This document shows, in pieces, positions 50,003-53,000 of a stretch of 53,000 nt of DNA. This DNA comes from an uncultured Methanosarcinales archaeon (GTDB taxonomy: Archaea; Nanobdellota; Nanobdellia; Woesearchaeales; GW2011-AR9), in the NCBI GenBank assembly GCA_964344755.1, contig CAYFOH010000003.1:1-53000 (forward strand). Direction: 5' to 3'. Numbering within the stretch: the stretch's first letter is position 1; each line of letters begins with the position of its first letter. The position numbers were made by a program, and so were the translations under genes. The notes under the pieces were generated by a model that saw only the letters and a program-made list of their open reading frames with translations, searched no databases and had not been told where the DNA came from.

Positions 50003-51220
50003 ATGGATCCTGAAACACAAAGGTTAATCTCTTTAGAATTAAAAAGACAACAAAACACACTGCAAATGATTCCCTCAGAGAATTATGCTAGTAAAGCTGT
50101 TTTAGCTGCTTGTGGTTCTGTTTTAAACAACAAGTATAGTGAAGGTTATCCCAAAAAGAGATATTATCAGGGCAATGAACACGCCGACGAGATTGAATTG
50201 TTAGCTATCGAAAGAGCAAAAAAATTATTTGGAGCTGAACACGTTAATGTACAATCTTATTCTGGTAGTCCAGCCAACATGGCGATTTATCATGCCTTGC
50301 TTAAACCCGGGGAAAAGATTATGGGTATGAGGTTGGACATGGGAGGCCATCTAACACACGGCCACCGAGTTAATTTTTCCGCAAAATATTTTCAGGCAGT
50401 GCAATATGGAGTAGACCCAGTAACTGGTTTAATCAATATGGAAGAAGTAAGAAAGATTGCTCTTAAAGAAAAACCAAAAATTATTGTTTCTGGATCAACA
50501 GCTTACCCTAGACAACTAGATTTTAAAAAATTTCATGAAATTGCTAAAGAAGTCGGAGCTTACTCTATGGCAGATATTTCTCATATCGCAGGATTAATTG
50601 TGGGAGGTGTACACCAAAGTCCTTTCCCATTTACTGATGTCGTAATGACGACTACCCATAAAACTCTTCGAGGACCAAGGGGGGCTATGATCCTTTGTAA
50701 AGAAGAGATAAAGAAAAAAATTGACAAAGCAGTTTTTCCAGGTTTACAAGGAGGGCCTCATCAACATAGTATTGCTGGTAAAGCTGTAGCTTTTCATGAA
50801 GCTTTACAACCAGAATTTCAAGATTATGCACAACAAGTCGTTAAGAATGCAAATGCATTAGCAAGTTCTCTGAAAAAGGAAGGCATGACTTTAGTAACTG
50901 GTGGAACAGATAACCATCTCATTTTAATTGATTTAAGAGAACAAGGCATTGGTTTGGGTAAGCAAGGAGCAGAAGCTTTAGAAAGAGCAGGAATTGTTAC
51001 CAATTGTAACACTGTTCCTTATGATCCTTCCACTCCTTTCAATCCATCTGGTATCAGAATTGGCACACCTGCTTTAACTACAAGAGGGATGAAAGAACCA
51101 GAGATGATTGAAATAGGAATAAAGATAGCTAGTGTGTTAAAAGAGATGGAGAATTTAGAACTACAAGCAAAAGTAAAAGAAGAAGTGATTCAAATGTGTG
51201 AAAAATTTCCTATATATTGA
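50003..51220 (+). CDS. glyA: Serine hydroxymethyltransferase
   Basis: SENYAS, YSEGYP, GGHLTHGH and TTTHKTLRGPRG (PLP lysine motif). Confidence 0.92.
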   Translation: MDPETQRLISLELKRQQNTLQMIPSENYASKAVLAACGSVLNNKYSEGYPKKRYYQGNEHADEIELLAIERAKKLFGAEHVNVQSYSGSPANMAIYHALLKPGEKIMGMRLDMGGHLTHGHRVNFSAKYFQAVQYGVDPVTGLINMEEVRKIALKEKPKIIVSGSTAYPRQLDFKKFHEIAKEVGAYSMADISHIAGLIVGGVHQSPFPFTDVVMTTTHKTLRGPRGAMILCKEEIKKKIDKAVFPGLQGGPHQHSIAGKAVAFHEALQPEFQDYAQQVVKNANALASSLKKEGMTLVTGGTDNHLILIDLREQGIGLGKQGAEALERAGIVTNCNTVPYDPSTPFNPSGIRIGTPALTTRGMKEPEMIEIGIKIASVLKEMENLELQAKVKEEVIQMCEKFPIY

Positions 51221-52023
51221 AGATGACAACAATTCTTGATGGTAAAAAATTAGCTAAAGAAATTTTAGAAGGATTAAAAGGGTCTCAAGGTAAGTTAACA
51301 ATTATTATGTGTGGGGAAAGACCTGATTCTGTGCTTTATACAAACATTAAGAAAAAAAAAGGAGAAGAGATAGGTTTAGGAGTGGATATTGTTAAATTTG
51401 ACGAAGATGTTGGTGAAACGGAGTTGATTAGTAGAATCAAAAATCTGGAATGTGATGGAATTATTGTACAATTGCCTTTACCTAAGCATTTAGATAGTAA
51501 AAAAATTCTTGCTAGTATTCCTCCTGAGAAAGATGTTGATGGTTTAACTAAAACAAGTTTAGGGAAGGTCCTGTTAGGAGACGAATCTTTTGCATCAGCC
51601 ACTCCAAAAGGTGTTGTGAGGTTATTGGAAGAATACAAGATTGAAGTTAAAGGAAAAGAAGTTGTTATTATCAACCACAGCAATATTGTTGGTAAACCTT
51701 TAGCTATGATGTTAGTAAATCGTGGAGCGACAGTGACGATCTGTCATGAATTTACTAAAGATCTGTCACAACACACACTAAGAGCAGATATCTTGGTCAG
51801 CGGAGTAGGGAAGCCCAATTTTATTAGCAAGGAGATGGTTAAAGAAGGTGTTATTATTGTTGATGTAGGTATCTCTAAGGTTAATGAGAAAATAGTAGGA
51901 GATGTTGCTGAGAATGTTAAAGAAAAAGCTTCTTTCTTTACTCCTGTTCCTGGTGGAGTGGGCCCAATGACTGTGGCGATGTTACTTGAAAATGTGGTTA
52001 ATGTAGCAAACAAAAATTTATAA
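51217..52023 (+). CDS. folD: Bifunctional 5,10-methylene-THF dehydrogenase / methenyl-THF cyclohydrolase
   Basis: ILDGKKLAKEI, GIIVQLPLPKH, NIVGKPLAMML and TPVPGGVGPMTVAMLL. The probable true start is the ATG at 51223. Confidence 0.92.
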   Translation: MKMTTILDGKKLAKEILEGLKGSQGKLTIIMCGERPDSVLYTNIKKKKGEEIGLGVDIVKFDEDVGETELISRIKNLECDGIIVQLPLPKHLDSKKILASIPPEKDVDGLTKTSLGKVLLGDESFASATPKGVVRLLEEYKIEVKGKEVVIINHSNIVGKPLAMMLVNRGATVTICHEFTKDLSQHTLRADILVSGVGKPNFISKEMVKEGVIIVDVGISKVNEKIVGDVAENVKEKASFFTPVPGGVGPMTVAMLLENVVNVANKNL

Positions 52024-52028
52024 TCTTC

Positions 52029-52919
52029 TTGAAGTCTTGCCATAAAATGAAAGTAATTATCTCTATACCAGCTTATAATGAAGAGGAAACCTTGCCTAAG
52101 GTTTTACAAGATATCAAAAGATATATGCAAGACAGGGAATTCCAGATTTTGGTTTTAGATGACGGTTCTAAAGATAGAACGGTTGAAGTTGCGAAACAGG
52201 CCGGAGCAATCGTTGTTTCTAACAGAAGGAATAGAGGATTAGCAGAAACTTTTAGAAGGGAAATGAAAGAGTGCTTGGCTAGGAAAGCAGATATCATTGT
52301 CCACACAGATGCTGACGGCCAATATAGTCCAAAACACCTTCCTGAACTTGTAGACAAAGTTAAAGAAGGTTATGATCTGGTGTTGGGAAGTAGGTTCAAA
52401 TGTAGTACCAAACATATGCCTCTAATGAAAAGAATCGGAAATATTGCTTTCTCCAAGGTCTTGAGTTCCTTAACAAAAATTAAAATTACGGATTCCACAA
52501 CTGGTTATAGAGCTTTCACAGCAGAAGTGGCTAGGGAAATTGAGTTTATTAACACGTTTACTTACACACAAGAACAAATTATTAGGGCTGCCAAACAAGG
52601 TTTTAAGATCACAGAAATTCCAGTAGTTACTAAGAAAACAAGAGACAGTAGATTATTTAAAAGTCCTTTGCAATATGCTATCAAAGCCTGGATTAATATT
52701 CTTAGAATCTACCGTGATTACCAACCTTTAGCTTTCTTTGGAAGAGTTGGTGCAACTTTTATAGCGTTCGGAGGCTTAATTGGAGTTTGGTTGGTTTACC
52801 GATTTTTTACTTTAGGTTATGTGGGGAGAACGCCGTCGACAGTTTTAACCATCTTACTAATATTGGTGGGATTACAAATTATCTTGTTTGGGTTTTTGGC
52901 TGATATGATTAGGAGGTAA
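52029..52919 (+). CDS. GT2 polyprenyl-phosphate glycosyltransferase with C-terminal TM helices (GtrB/ArnC/DPG-synthase-like)
   Basis: ISIPAYNEEETL, ILVLDDGSKDRT and HTDADGQYSP, plus two C-terminal TM segments. The probable true start is the ATG at 52047 (MKVIISIP). Confidence 0.8.
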   Translation: MKSCHKMKVIISIPAYNEEETLPKVLQDIKRYMQDREFQILVLDDGSKDRTVEVAKQAGAIVVSNRRNRGLAETFRREMKECLARKADIIVHTDADGQYSPKHLPELVDKVKEGYDLVLGSRFKCSTKHMPLMKRIGNIAFSKVLSSLTKIKITDSTTGYRAFTAEVAREIEFINTFTYTQEQIIRAAKQGFKITEIPVVTKKTRDSRLFKSPLQYAIKAWINILRIYRDYQPLAFFGRVGATFIAFGGLIGVWLVYRFFTLGYVGRTPSTVLTILLILVGLQIILFGFLADMIRR

Positions 52920-53000
52920 TCAGTTTAAAAGAACTTTCTATCTAGAGTGCTGTCCCAAATGGAATAAATTTGTATACTGGCATGATATTGTTTCGAGTTA

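Noticed and set aside
51336-52357. Three minus-strand ORFs (51336-51683, 51744-52043, 52073-52357) antisense to folD and the GT2 gene
   Set aside because: Shadow ORFs opposite genes with unambiguous FolD and GT2 motifs.
52926-53000. Minus-strand frame open from the window edge to a stop near 52926 (…NSKQYHASIQIYSIWDSTLDRKFF*), possibly the 3' end of a convergent gene
   Set aside because: Too short to support. Coordinates were read by eye only.
1-53000. Looked for rRNA, tRNA, CRISPR arrays, transposases, integrases, phage genes and long direct or inverted repeats
   Set aside because: No non-coding gap exceeds ~110 nt. No spaced direct-repeat pattern and no recombinase or transposase motifs were seen. 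The region does not look like a classical mobile island.
1-53000. Alternative genetic code (for example UGA recoding, as in some CPR lineages)
   Set aside because: Long intact ORFs with family-typical lengths are obtained with the standard code. TGA is used as a functional stop in many ATGA start/stop overlaps.

Overview
AT-rich (about one-third G+C by eye, not computed), very gene-dense window. It holds about 51 credible CDS, intergenic gaps are all under 110 nt, and many junctions are ATGA start/stop overlaps. I found no rRNA, tRNA, CRISPR array, transposase, integrase or phage gene. Nearly the whole window is a surface-glycan biosynthesis region. It contains six DegT-fold PLP modules in five ORFs (five with the Schiff-base lysine context, one ColD-type dehydratase), three GT4 glycosyltransferases, three Dpm1/ArnC-like polyprenyl-phosphate GT2 synthases and three multi-TM GT-C-like transferases. 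It also contains a Wzx-type flippase, three SAM methyltransferases, two sulfotransferases, a CDP-alcohol phosphatidyltransferase, Gmd, a sugar N-formyltransferase and a legionaminic-acid-type nonulosonic acid pathway. Housekeeping genes are interspersed: purine nucleoside phosphorylase, a divergent purA, glyA and folD. A MntA/HepT (MNT-HEPN) toxin-antitoxin pair is also present. Operon-leading genes carry TATA-like octamers 21-28 nt upstream of the start codon, while internal genes use GGAGG sites or ATGA coupling. This suggests an archaeal host with leaderless mRNAs, possibly a small-genome DPANN-type lineage; that assignment is inference, and a CPR bacterium is not excluded. The standard genetic code fits. 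The most unusual content is: (1) a 965-aa ORF fusing aminotransferase, CMP-nonulosonate synthetase and nonulosonate synthase; (2) a tandem DegT-DegT fusion and a heptose kinase-GmhA isomerase fusion; (3) an Arn-like operon (GT2, formyltransferase, three GT-C proteins, a small Cys-rich membrane protein, a cupin and an aminotransferase) next to glyA-folD; (4) two colinear paralogs combining a nucleotidyltransferase-like N-domain with a thymidylate-kinase-like P-loop domain, one coupled to a CDP-alcohol transferase; (5) two sulfotransferases with no PAPS-synthesis genes in view. All functional calls rest on motifs read by eye. No database search was possible.
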